DNA of 64,000 nucleotides from NCBI RefSeq assembly GCF_009914755.1, contig NC_060945.1, one strand, 5' to 3'. The position numbers and the translations under genes are program-made. Positions 1-9,150 of this stretch are shown here, in pieces. Positions within the stretch are counted from its first letter, which is position 1, and each line of letters starts with the position of its first letter. The stretch comes from the human T2T-CHM13v2.0 reference genome, Homo sapiens. A model generated the notes under the pieces. It was given only the letters and a program-made list of their open reading frames with translations, searched no databases and was not told where the DNA came from.

Positions 1-134
1 GTGGAAAACTGAGAAAATTGCTTTGTGCTGTAGAGTCTGGCATTCGTTGTAGATTAAAGCTTATTTTTCTGGATGTAAATCTTATTCAATAAAATACTAC
101 TCTTTATAATAAAAAACAAAGACACTGGTGATGT

Positions 135-450
135 GAAGTCATTATCCTCAGCAAACTAATCCAGGAACAGAAAACCAAACGCCACATTCTCACTTATAAT
201 GGGAGCTGAAAAATGGGATCACGTGGACACAGGAAGGGGAACAACACACACTGGGGCCTTTCGGGAGGCAGAGCGTTAAGAAAAACAGCTACCGCATGCT
301 GGGCTTAATACCTAGGTGATGGGTTGACAGGTGCAGCAAACCACCGTGGCACACGTTTACCTTAGTAACAAATCTGCACAGCCTGCCCATATATTCCAGA
401 ACTTAGAAACGAAACGAAAGCAAAGAAAACGAGAAAGCGATAGCAAAACG
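135..450 (+). mobile_element. Old L1P (L1PA/PB-type) 3' end with degenerate A-rich tail; present in every unit
   Basis: Typical L1 3'UTR text: ATTATCCTCAGCAAACTAA...GGGCTTAATACCTAGGTGATGGGTTGACAGGTGCAGCAAACCAC...GGCACACGTTTACC, followed by an A-rich tail. Confidence 0.85.
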
Positions 451-619
451 CTAACGGCGAAACAGAGTTTCAAACTCAGAAAGTGAGAGACCAATGTTTG
501 GTTCAAATCATGGTTCTCAACCCAGGTGCCATAAGGTCAGGATAAAGAATTTGATGACGTATTGTAAATAAGACATGCAGCGGAGGACCAGAAAAATCGT
601 TCTCAACATACGTGTGGCT

Positions 620-1080
620 TCGAGTTCAACGGTGACGCTATCTACAGTGACATAGCATTAGATTCCAAAGGGCCGAGTCCCGCAAGACTGGCCTCCCACA
701 CTAATAATAATGGGAAGCGCTACGTTGCTTTACCTGTGCTTCTCAGCAACTGGCTATAAATCAGGTTTCCACCACTCCCAGTTTTAGTTGCATTCATTTG
801 CTGGAAGAGCTCACAGCACGCAGGGAAACACTGACATTTCCCATTTTTTGTATTTTAGCAGATATTGCAAAAACTTCAGAAAAAACTTTTGGGCCCGGCA
901 TGTGGGGAGGGGCTCACTGCCTTCCAGGAAGTGTTATCCAGAAGCTCTCTAAACCCAGTCCTTTTGGGTTTTTATGGAGACCTCATTCTATAGGCATGAT
1001 GGGTTAAACCATAGGCTATTGGTGATCAACTCAACCTGGGGCTCTCAACCCTCCCTGGAAATTGGGGTTGAGGCTTTGCC
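620..1080. mobile_element. MER21-like LTR fragment; present in every unit
   Basis: TTTACCTGTGCTTCT...ACTGGCTATAAATC...GCTCACAG...AGGGAAACAC...TTTTGGGTTTTTATGGAG...ATTGGTGATCAACT resembles the MER21 consensus as I recall it. Confidence 0.7.
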
Positions 1081-1628
1081 ATTCTCAGTCTGAGTAAAAG
1101 AATTTACGCAAACGGAATTTTAAAACAGATTAGCATATCTGGAAACTTAACTAGATGACGGAATTATCTGGAGCCACACCTTGATATTCCTAACCCGAGC
1201 ACCCTCATCCAAAGAATGCTCCACCCAACTGGCTCCCAAGTCTCTACGGGGTTCCAGAGCAAAAGAATGTTTATACAGCGCATATCTCCACCTTTTCTTC
1301 AAAGTCTTTTCGCTTACACGGAAAGACTTCTTCAACTGCCATGCATCAGGGTCAGGGGGAGGTCTTGTTACAACACAGATCTGCGGATCTCCGGGGCTTG
1401 ATTGTGGCAAGGATGCTGCTGGTGTCAAAACCACAACGTGGGAACCACAGAACCACTAGTTGGTTTTCAGTGTTTCAGTGCATACAATTCCTAATATATC
1501 TGGCCAAGAAAACTTGTAAGTTCTTAGATTGTCCCAAAGGTGGCGCATGAAATCAAATCAGGAGAACAGTTTCCTACGAGGTGTAGCCTGGGAACCTTGG
1601 GGGTGACTGATGGAAAGGAGGAGTGAAG

Positions 1629-1699
1629 CTCCGCCCTTTCCGCTGCGAGGCTGCGCCCGAGGCTATTTAAACCCACCCTGGCTGGCCTGTACTCAGATC
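1629..1699 (+). promoter_or_regulatory. Candidate Pol II core promoter, unit 1 (GC box, TATA, Inr)
   Basis: CTCCGCCC (Sp/KLF box) 1629-1636; TATTTAAA 1664-1671; TCAGATC fits Inr YYANWYY with +1 A at 1695, 31 nt after the first T of the TATA box; locally CpG-rich. Confidence 0.6.
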
Positions 1700-1881
1700 T
1701 TCGCAGAGCGGAGCAGCGGCCGGAGCGTTTGGCGGACTCTGCGTGGACTTGGAGCTCACAGCGTCTTGCGACTTGGAAGCGGATTCAGAGGACAGGACAG
1801 AACACTTGGGCAAGTGAATCTCTGTCTGTCTGTCTGTCTCATTGGTTGGTTTATTTCCATTTTCTTAAGGAGCACATACCT

Positions 1882-1953
1882 CACACCACACACACACAAA
1901 CACACACACACACACGCACGCACTCACGCACACACACACGCACACACACACAC
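1882..1953. repeat. (CA)n/(CACG)n microsatellite in the putative leader; length varies between units
   Basis: Visible CACACA/CACGCA run; 10 bp shorter in unit 3. Confidence 0.95.
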
Positions 1954-2014
1954 TAATTCATTCTGCGGGTTAGGAAATTAGTAGGGGTCTCTGGGAGCTG
2001 CAGGTTTCCTAATC

Positions 2015-5000
2015 ATGTCTGCATCTAAGAACACTAGGGTCTTGTCTGGCTCTTCTTATGAACGGTCCCCCAGCCCGGACTCCCCAAGATCCATGCTAGC
2101 CTCACCCAGCTTCTCCCTCTCCCCTCTCAGAAACTCAGACTTAAGAGGAAGCTCCTCACCAGGGATCCGGAGCTACCATTCACCATCCCCTAGGGCTTCA
2201 CCACACTCACCTCTGTCATCACCAGTATCCCACAATCTCCCATTTCCCTGTCCTATCCGTGATGGACAATCCATGAAGCCATTGGGCTCTCCCGTGTCCT
2301 CCTCTGAGGATTCTACAGAGTCACCACGTTCATCAGTAATATACCACATGTTCCTACTGCCATCACCCAGCAGCTCACCCCCAGCTCTCTGGGAGTCTCC
2401 TGGGTCTCCCAGCTACTCTCCAAACAACCCCAGATTTCAGCTGGAGTCAGCCCCCCACACCCAGGAATCACCTGCAAACTCACGAGCCTCACGGTGCTCC
2501 TCCCCTATGTCTTTCATCTCTTCACCCCCAGGCCTCAGGGACTCTCCTGTGGCTCCCAGTTACTCTCAAGCCATCCCCATGTTCCTGCGGGAGTCAGCCC
2601 CATGCACTCAGGAGTCCCCCAGAGACTCACAGGTCTCGGGAGAATATGAGCGCTCCCCCAGCCCTGACTCCTCAAGATTCATGCCTGCCTCACCCAGCAT
2701 CTACCTCTCCCCTCCCAGGAACTCAGACCCAAGGGGCAGCTCCTCACAAGGGATGTGGAAGTACTCTACATCATCCCGCAGGGCTTCACCACTCTCACAT
2801 CCGTCATCGGCAGAATTCCACAACTTTACATTTCCCTTTCCTAACCAAGCAGGACAATCACTCATGTCATTGTGTTCTCCCGTGTCCTCCTCTGGAGATT
2901 CCTCACAGTCACCCCATTCATCAATAATATACCATGTGTTCTTACTGCCATCATCCAGCAGCTCACCCCCAGCCACCAATGACTCTCCTGTCTGTCCCAG
3001 CTACTCTCCAACTACGCCCAGATTTCAGCGGGCGTCGGTATCCAACACCCCAGAAACACCTACAAACTCACAGACCTCAGTGAGATCCTCGCCAGTCTCT
3101 CTCACGTCTTCACCCCCAGGCCTTACGGACCCTCCAGTCTCTCCCAGCTACTATCCAACCACGCGCACATTTCAGCGCGGGTCAGATCCAGGAACCCAGG
3201 GAGCACCACCAAGCCCACCACTTTCACTGTGTTACTCCCCAGTCTCAAGCACGTCTTTATCTCCAACCCTCAGGGACTCTCCTGTCTGTCCCAGCTATTC
3301 TCCAACCACGCCCACGTTTCAGCGGGAGTCCGTTGCAGGCACCCAGCAATCACCACCAAACTCACCAATTTCACTCAATTACTCTCCAGTCTCTCTCATG
3401 TCTTCACCAGCCCTCAGGGACTCTCCCATTTGTCCCAGCTACTCTCCAACCACGCCCAGATTTCAGCTGGAAGCAGTTCCTTGCACCCAGGAATCACCAC
3501 CAAACTCACCAATTTCACTCAATTACTCCCCAGTCTCTCTCATGTCTTCACCATCCCTCAGGGACTCTCCCGTCTGTCTCAGCTACTCTCCAACCACGCC
3601 CACATTTCAGCTGGAGTACCTTCGAGGCACCCCGGAGTCACCACCAAACTCACCAATTTCACTCAATTACTCTCCAGTCTCTCTCATGTCTCCACCAGCC
3701 CTCAGGGACTCTCCCGACTGTCCCAGCTACTCCCCAACAACGCCCAGATTTCAGCTGGAAGCAGTTCCTTGCTCCCCAGAATCAACACCAAACTCACCAA
3801 TTTCACTCAATTACTCTCCAGTCTCTCTCATGTCTTCACCAGCCATCAGGGACTCTCCTGTCTGTCCCAGCTACTCTACAACCACGCCCACATTTCAGCT
3901 GGAGTCCGTTCGAGACACCCCGGAGTCACCACCAAACTCACCAATTTCACTCAATTACACTCCAGTCTCTCTCATGTCTTCACCAGCCATCAGGGACTCT
4001 CCCGTCTGTCCCAGCTACTCTCCAAAGACGCCCACATTTCAGCTGGAGTCTGTTCCAGGCACCCTGGAGTCACCACCAAACTCACCAATTTCACTCAATT
4101 ACTCTCCAGTCTCTCTCATGTCTTCACCAGCCCTCAGGGACCCTCCTGTCTGTCCCAGCTACTCTCCAACCACCCCCAGATTTCAGCTGGAGTCAGTTCC
4201 AGGCACCCCGGAGTCACCACCAAACTCACCAGTTTCACTGAGTTACTCCCCGGTCTCTCTCATGTCTTCACCGCCAGCCCTCAGGGACTCTCCTGTGTGT
4301 CCCAGCTACTCTCCAACCACGCCCACATTTCAGCTGGAGTCAGTTCCAGGCACCCCGGAGTCACCACCAAACTCACCAATTTCACTCAATTACTCTCCAG
4401 TCTCTCTCATGTCTTCACCAGCCCTCAGCGACTCTCCTGTCTGTCCCAGCTACTCTCCAACCACGCCCAGATTTCAGCTGGAAGCAGTTCCTTGCACCCC
4501 AGAATCACCTCCAAACTCACCAATTTCACTCAATTACTCTCTAGTCTCTCTCATGTCTTCACCAGTCCTCAGGGACCCTCCTGTCTGTCCCAGCTACTCT
4601 CCATCCACCCCCAGATTTCAGTTGGAGTCAGTTCCAGGCACCGCGGAGTCACCACCAAACTCACCAGTTTCACTGAGTTACTCCCCGTTCTCTCTCATGT
4701 CTTCACCGCCAGCCCTCAGGGACTCTCCTGTTTGTCCCCGCTACTCTCCAACCACGCCCACATTCCAGCTGGAGTCACTTGCAGGCACCCAGGAATTACC
4801 TACAAACTCAGCAGTTTCACTGAGTTACTCCCCAGTCTCTCTCATGTCTTCACCCCCAGCCCCCTGGGACTCTCCTGTCTGTCCCAGCTCCTCTCCCACC
4901 ACGCCCAGATTTCAGAGGGAGTCAGCCTCCCACACTCCGGAATCACCTACAGACTCACAGACTTCACGGAGGTCCTCCCTGGTCTCTCTCAGGTCTTTGC

Positions 5001-5860
5001 CCTCAGCCCACAGGGACTCCTGTGTCTCTTTCAGCTACTCTCGAAACTTCTCTAGATTCCAGCTGGACTCAGTTCCAGGCACCCACGACACACCACCAAA
5101 CTCACGAATTTCACTGACTTACTCCCCAGTCTCTCTCATGTTCTCACCCCCAGCCCTCAGGGACTCTTCTGTCTCTCTCAGCTACTCTCCAGCCATCTCC
5201 ACATCACACCTGGGGTCAGCTCCCCACACCCAGGAATCACCTACAAACTCACGGACCTTACTGCAACCCTCCACCATTTCTTTCACCTCTTCAACCCCTG
5301 CTTTCAGGGACTCTCCTGTGTCTCCCAGCTTCTCTCCAGCCTTCCCCAGATTTCTGCCACAGTCAGCCCCAGGCACCCAGGGTTACCCTGGACACTCACA
5401 GGCCTCACGAGACTATTTCCCAATGACTTGTATCTATAGAGGGATGGCTCCCATACTTCCCTCGGTGACCTCAAACCCATCTCCACTTACACTCAGACAC
5501 TCCCAGGGCCTGACAGCTACTCCCCGTTATTGTCCTTCAGCTCGAAGCCCTGACCCATCTACTAGCCAACATGATGCAGCTACCTGGCCATGTCTCCACA
5601 TTTCTGGGGAGGGCCCCACACCCAGCCGCAGAAGAGCCCCTCCTGCATTCCGTCCTCACACACAGGCCTGTCCATCCACTTGCTACTGTCACACTCTTGC
5701 CAGCAGAGGAGGCCCCTGTAATGGCCGATATCACCGCCCAGTCTATCCTCACCCCACAGCTGTGCAGCGGGACCCTCCTGCTGGCCCACGTGGCTGCCAC
5801 AGCCCATGCTGGCACGACGCTCCAGCATGTCGGCGTCCCTGCGGGCCACGCTACCGCTGA
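2015..5860 (+). CDS. Putative 1281-aa Ser/Pro/Thr-rich repeat protein (48/49-aa repeats, YSPTTP motifs, Cys/His-rich C-terminus), copy 1, intact
   Basis: Uninterrupted 3846-nt ATG-to-TGA ORF; A at -3; first AUG after the predicted TSS; translation unproven. Confidence 0.55.
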   Translation: MSASKNTRVLSGSSYERSPSPDSPRSMLASPSFSLSPLRNSDLRGSSSPGIRSYHSPSPRASPHSPLSSPVSHNLPFPCPIRDGQSMKPLGSPVSSSEDSTESPRSSVIYHMFLLPSPSSSPPALWESPGSPSYSPNNPRFQLESAPHTQESPANSRASRCSSPMSFISSPPGLRDSPVAPSYSQAIPMFLRESAPCTQESPRDSQVSGEYERSPSPDSSRFMPASPSIYLSPPRNSDPRGSSSQGMWKYSTSSRRASPLSHPSSAEFHNFTFPFPNQAGQSLMSLCSPVSSSGDSSQSPHSSIIYHVFLLPSSSSSPPATNDSPVCPSYSPTTPRFQRASVSNTPETPTNSQTSVRSSPVSLTSSPPGLTDPPVSPSYYPTTRTFQRGSDPGTQGAPPSPPLSLCYSPVSSTSLSPTLRDSPVCPSYSPTTPTFQRESVAGTQQSPPNSPISLNYSPVSLMSSPALRDSPICPSYSPTTPRFQLEAVPCTQESPPNSPISLNYSPVSLMSSPSLRDSPVCLSYSPTTPTFQLEYLRGTPESPPNSPISLNYSPVSLMSPPALRDSPDCPSYSPTTPRFQLEAVPCSPESTPNSPISLNYSPVSLMSSPAIRDSPVCPSYSTTTPTFQLESVRDTPESPPNSPISLNYTPVSLMSSPAIRDSPVCPSYSPKTPTFQLESVPGTLESPPNSPISLNYSPVSLMSSPALRDPPVCPSYSPTTPRFQLESVPGTPESPPNSPVSLSYSPVSLMSSPPALRDSPVCPSYSPTTPTFQLESVPGTPESPPNSPISLNYSPVSLMSSPALSDSPVCPSYSPTTPRFQLEAVPCTPESPPNSPISLNYSLVSLMSSPVLRDPPVCPSYSPSTPRFQLESVPGTAESPPNSPVSLSYSPFSLMSSPPALRDSPVCPRYSPTTPTFQLESLAGTQELPTNSAVSLSYSPVSLMSSPPAPWDSPVCPSSSPTTPRFQRESASHTPESPTDSQTSRRSSLVSLRSLPSAHRDSCVSFSYSRNFSRFQLDSVPGTHDTPPNSRISLTYSPVSLMFSPPALRDSSVSLSYSPAISTSHLGSAPHTQESPTNSRTLLQPSTISFTSSTPAFRDSPVSPSFSPAFPRFLPQSAPGTQGYPGHSQASRDYFPMTCIYRGMAPILPSVTSNPSPLTLRHSQGLTATPRYCPSARSPDPSTSQHDAATWPCLHISGEGPTPSRRRAPPAFRPHTQACPSTCYCHTLASRGGPCNGRYHRPVYPHPTAVQRDPPAGPRGCHSPCWHDAPACRRPCGPRYR
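2975..5400 (+). repeat. 144/147-bp satellite array (ACRO1-like), unit 1
   Basis: ~17 monomers of CAGGGACTCTCCTGTCTGTCCCAGCTACTCTCCAACCACGCCC...; homogeneous centre, diverged edges. Confidence 0.88.
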
Positions 5861-6069
5861 CATGGCTAGCATCACCCTCCTTCCTGGCAGTGACACTGCT
5901 GATTTGAACCCCAGTTTCACAGCTGTCATTTGTAAATAGGACCATTTTCCCTTTTCTCTCTCCCTTCCATTCACAGGGCTTCTCATTCCCTCTGTTTCTG
6001 CCTCCGTTTCAGAGATTTACTCACCTTTTTCTCTCTCACTATGTCTGCCGTGGTCTCCATAAGAGTGTG

Positions 6070-6410
6070 CCACATACAATTGCCCCATTAAAAGTCATGA
6101 ATTGAGTGGATTTTAGTATACCTGTGGTTGGGCACATTCAATTTTAATTCGCAATCCATTTTAGAAGGTTTTATCACCCCCGACCAGAGAAACACCCTGT
6201 GGACATTAGTCACTCCTCATTCTGTCTCAAACCCTCTCCCTGACCCTCAGCCCTAGGTAACAACTGCATAGAGCGATCAACCCCATATGCATAGATTTTC
6301 ATATTGTGGACATTTCCTATAAACGGAATTTCACAATAAGTGAGCTTTTGTGACTGACATAACACTTTTAGCACAATATTTTCAAGATTCATCCACATTG
6401 CAGCTTTACC
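6070..6410 (-). mobile_element. Ancient L1M 3'-end fragment; present in every unit
   Basis: CATACAATT...GTGGATTTTAGTATA...GGACATTTCCTATAAACGGAAT...TTTTCAAGATTCATCCAC resembles antisense L1MB/ME 3' UTR. Confidence 0.65.
6087..6092 (+). terminator. Candidate poly(A) signal ATTAAA, 227 nt after the ORF stop; conserved in all five units
   Basis: ATTAAA followed by GT/T-rich sequence; lies at the edge of an antisense L1M remnant, so it may be incidental. Confidence 0.35.
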
Positions 6411-6458
6411 CACAGGGGGAAACCGCATTTTCTGGTTTCAGTAACACCGGGTGTTTTC

Positions 6459-6536
6459 TCCTTCCTTCCGTCTTTCCTTCCTTCCTTCCTTCCTTCCTTC
6501 CTTCCTTCCTTCCTTCCTTCCTTCCTCCCTTCCTCC
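6459..6536. repeat. (CCTT)n microsatellite; length varies between units
   Basis: Visible; 8 bp shorter in unit 2, longer in units 3-5. Confidence 0.95.
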
Positions 6537-6769
6537 CATTTCTCTCTTATTCCTTCTGCCCTCTCTCTTTCATATGCCTTAGGTGCATCCTACGTCCTGC
6601 GTCTTTTTGGGGAATCCTCGACAGGTGCTGGAAAATTGTGTTATTGTAATTATTTACCGGTATCTCTCTTTCATGGTTCTCCATCAGTTGTAAGCATCTA
6701 TTGGTTTATCCCAGGTCACTAAGTATATTTTAATTAGCTACACCTGTTTTTCTTTATACACCTGTTTCT

Positions 6770-6890
6770 GGAGTATAGGGTCGCATACTCATAAACCCAG
6801 TGTAACTCAGAAACGCATCTAATATTCCAATAGACCCATCATAACGTTGAAAAATCATAAATCAAACCAACTTAAGTCACGATTTGTCGC
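6770..6890 (+). mobile_element. Tigger5/MER47-like DNA transposon remnant; present in every unit
   Basis: ATAAACCCA...CCCATCATAACGTTGAAAAATCATAAATCAAACCA resembles CpG-decayed MER47 termini. Confidence 0.45.
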
Positions 6891-8764
6891 TGGATATGGG
6901 CTCCATCAATTCCATTGTATTCAATAATGCTGTACACCATTAACAATGGCAGACTGATTGGGCGTGGATGTGGATAACATTATAAAAATCAGTTATTAGA
7001 GGGATACTTTAACCTGACGGAAGAGCTGATCTAATGGTATTAGTACAGTGATGATTATGTGAGATGTTTTGAGACAGAGTAGTACATTTGTGTATGAGAT
7101 TCTGTGGCTTTTTTCACTTAGTAGGAACCTTTGTGTGTGGAAAACTGAGAAAATTGCTTTGTGCTGTAGAGTCTGGCATTCGTTGTAGATTAAAGCTTAT
7201 TTTTCTGGAAGTAAATCTTATTCAATAAAATACTACTCTTTATAATAAAAAACAAAGACACTGGTGATGTGAAGTCATTATCCTCAGCAAACTAATCCAG
7301 GAACAGAAAACCAAACGCCACATTCTCACTTATAATGGGAGCTGAAAAATAGGATCATGTGGACACAGGAAGGGGAACAACACACACTGGGGCCTTTCGG
7401 GAGGCAGAGCGTTAAGAAAAACAGCTACCGCATGCTGGGCTTAATACCTAGGTGATGGGTTGACAGGTGCAGCAAACCACCGTGGCACACGTTTACCATA
7501 GTAACAAATCTGCACAGCCTGCCCATATATTGCAGAACTTAGAAACGAAACGAAAGCAAAGAAAACGAGAAAGCGATAGCAAAACGCTAACTGCGAAACA
7601 GAGTTTCAAACTCAGAAAGTGAGAGACCAATGTTTGGTTCAAATCATGGTTCTCAACCCAGGTGCCATAAGGTCAGGATAAAGAATTTGATGACGTATTG
7701 TAAATAAGACATGCAGCGGAGGACCAGAAAAATCGTTCTCAACATACGTGTGGCTTCGAGTTCAACGGTGACGCTATCTACAGTGACATAGCATTAGATT
7801 CCAAAGGGCCGAGTCCCGCAAGACTGGCCTCCCACACTAATAATAATGGGAAGCGCTACGTTGCTTTACCTGTGCTTCTCAGCAACTGGCTATAAATCAG
7901 GTTTCCACCACTCCCAGTTTTAGTTGCATTCATTTGCTGGAAGAGCTCACAGCACGCAGGGAAACACTGACATTTCCCATTTTTTGTATTTTAGCAGATA
8001 TTGCAAAAACTTCAGAAAAAACTTTTGGGCCCAGCATGTGGGGAGGGGCTCACTGCCTTCCAGGAAGTGTTATCCAGAAGCTCTCTAAACCCAGATCTTT
8101 TGGGTTTTTATGGAGACCTCATTCTATAGGCATGATGGGTTAAACCATAGGCTATTGGTGATCAACTCAACCTGGGGCTCTCAACCCTCCCTGGAAATTG
8201 CGGTTGAGGCCTTGCCATTCTCAGTCTGAGTAAAAGAATTTACGCAAACGGAATTTTAAAACAGATTAGCATATCTGGAAACTTAACTAGATGACGGAAT
8301 TATCTGGAGCCACACCTTGATATTCCTAACCCGAGCACCCTCATCCAACGAATGCTCCACCCAACTGGCTCCCAAGTCTCTACGGGGTTCCAGAGCAAAA
8401 GAATGTTTATACAACGCATATCTCCACCTTTTCTTCAAAGTCTTTTCGCTTACACGGAAAGACTTCTTCAACTGCCATTCATCAGGGTCAGGGGGAGGTC
8501 TTGTTACAACACAGATCTGCGGATCTCCGGGGTTTGATTGTGGCAAGGATGCTGCTGGTGTCAAAACCACAACGTGGGAACCACAGAACCACTAGTTGGT
8601 TTTCAGTGTTTCAGTGCATACAATTCCTAATATATCTGGCCAAGAAAACTTGTAAGTTCTTAGATTGTCCGAAAGGTGGCGCATGAAATCAAATCAGGAG
8701 AACAGTTTCCTACGAGGTGTAGCCTGGGAACCTTGGGGGTGACTGATGGAAAGGAGGAGTGAAG

Positions 8765-8835
8765 CTCCGCCCTTTCCGCTGCGAGGCTGCGCCCGAGGCT
8801 ATTTAAACCCACCCTGGCTGGCCTGTACTCAGATC
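8765..8835 (+). promoter_or_regulatory. Candidate core promoter, unit 2
   Basis: Same GC box/TATTTAAA (8800)/Inr as unit 1. Confidence 0.6.
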
Positions 8836-9150
8836 TTCGCAGAGCGGAGCAGCGGCCGGAGCGTTTGGCGGACTCTGCGTGGACTTGGAGCTCACAGCGT
8901 CTTGCGACTTGGAAGCGGATTCAGAGGACAGGACAGAACACTTGGGCAAGTGAATCTCTGTCTGTCTGTCTGTCTCATTGGTTGGTTTATTTCCATTTTC
9001 TTAAGGAGCACATACCTCACACCACACACACACAAACACACACACACACACGCACGCACTCACGCACACACACACGCACACACACACACTAATTCATTCT
9101 GCGGGTTAGGAAATTAGTAGGGGTCTCTGGGAGCTGCAGGTTTCCTAATC

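Noticed and set aside
798-1981. Short 60-123-aa ORFs repeated in each unit
   Set aside because: They lie in LTR, spacer or CA-repeat sequence, several start at non-ATG codons, and their recurrence only reflects unit duplication
3270-5400. CRISPR-like array
   Set aside because: Contiguous tandem monomers without unique spacers, in eukaryotic DNA with no cas genes
2015-5860. Calling the ORF POLR2A/RPB1, a mucin or an extensin
   Set aside because: No polymerase domains, heptads not tandem, no signal peptide; similarity is compositional, so no gene symbol assigned
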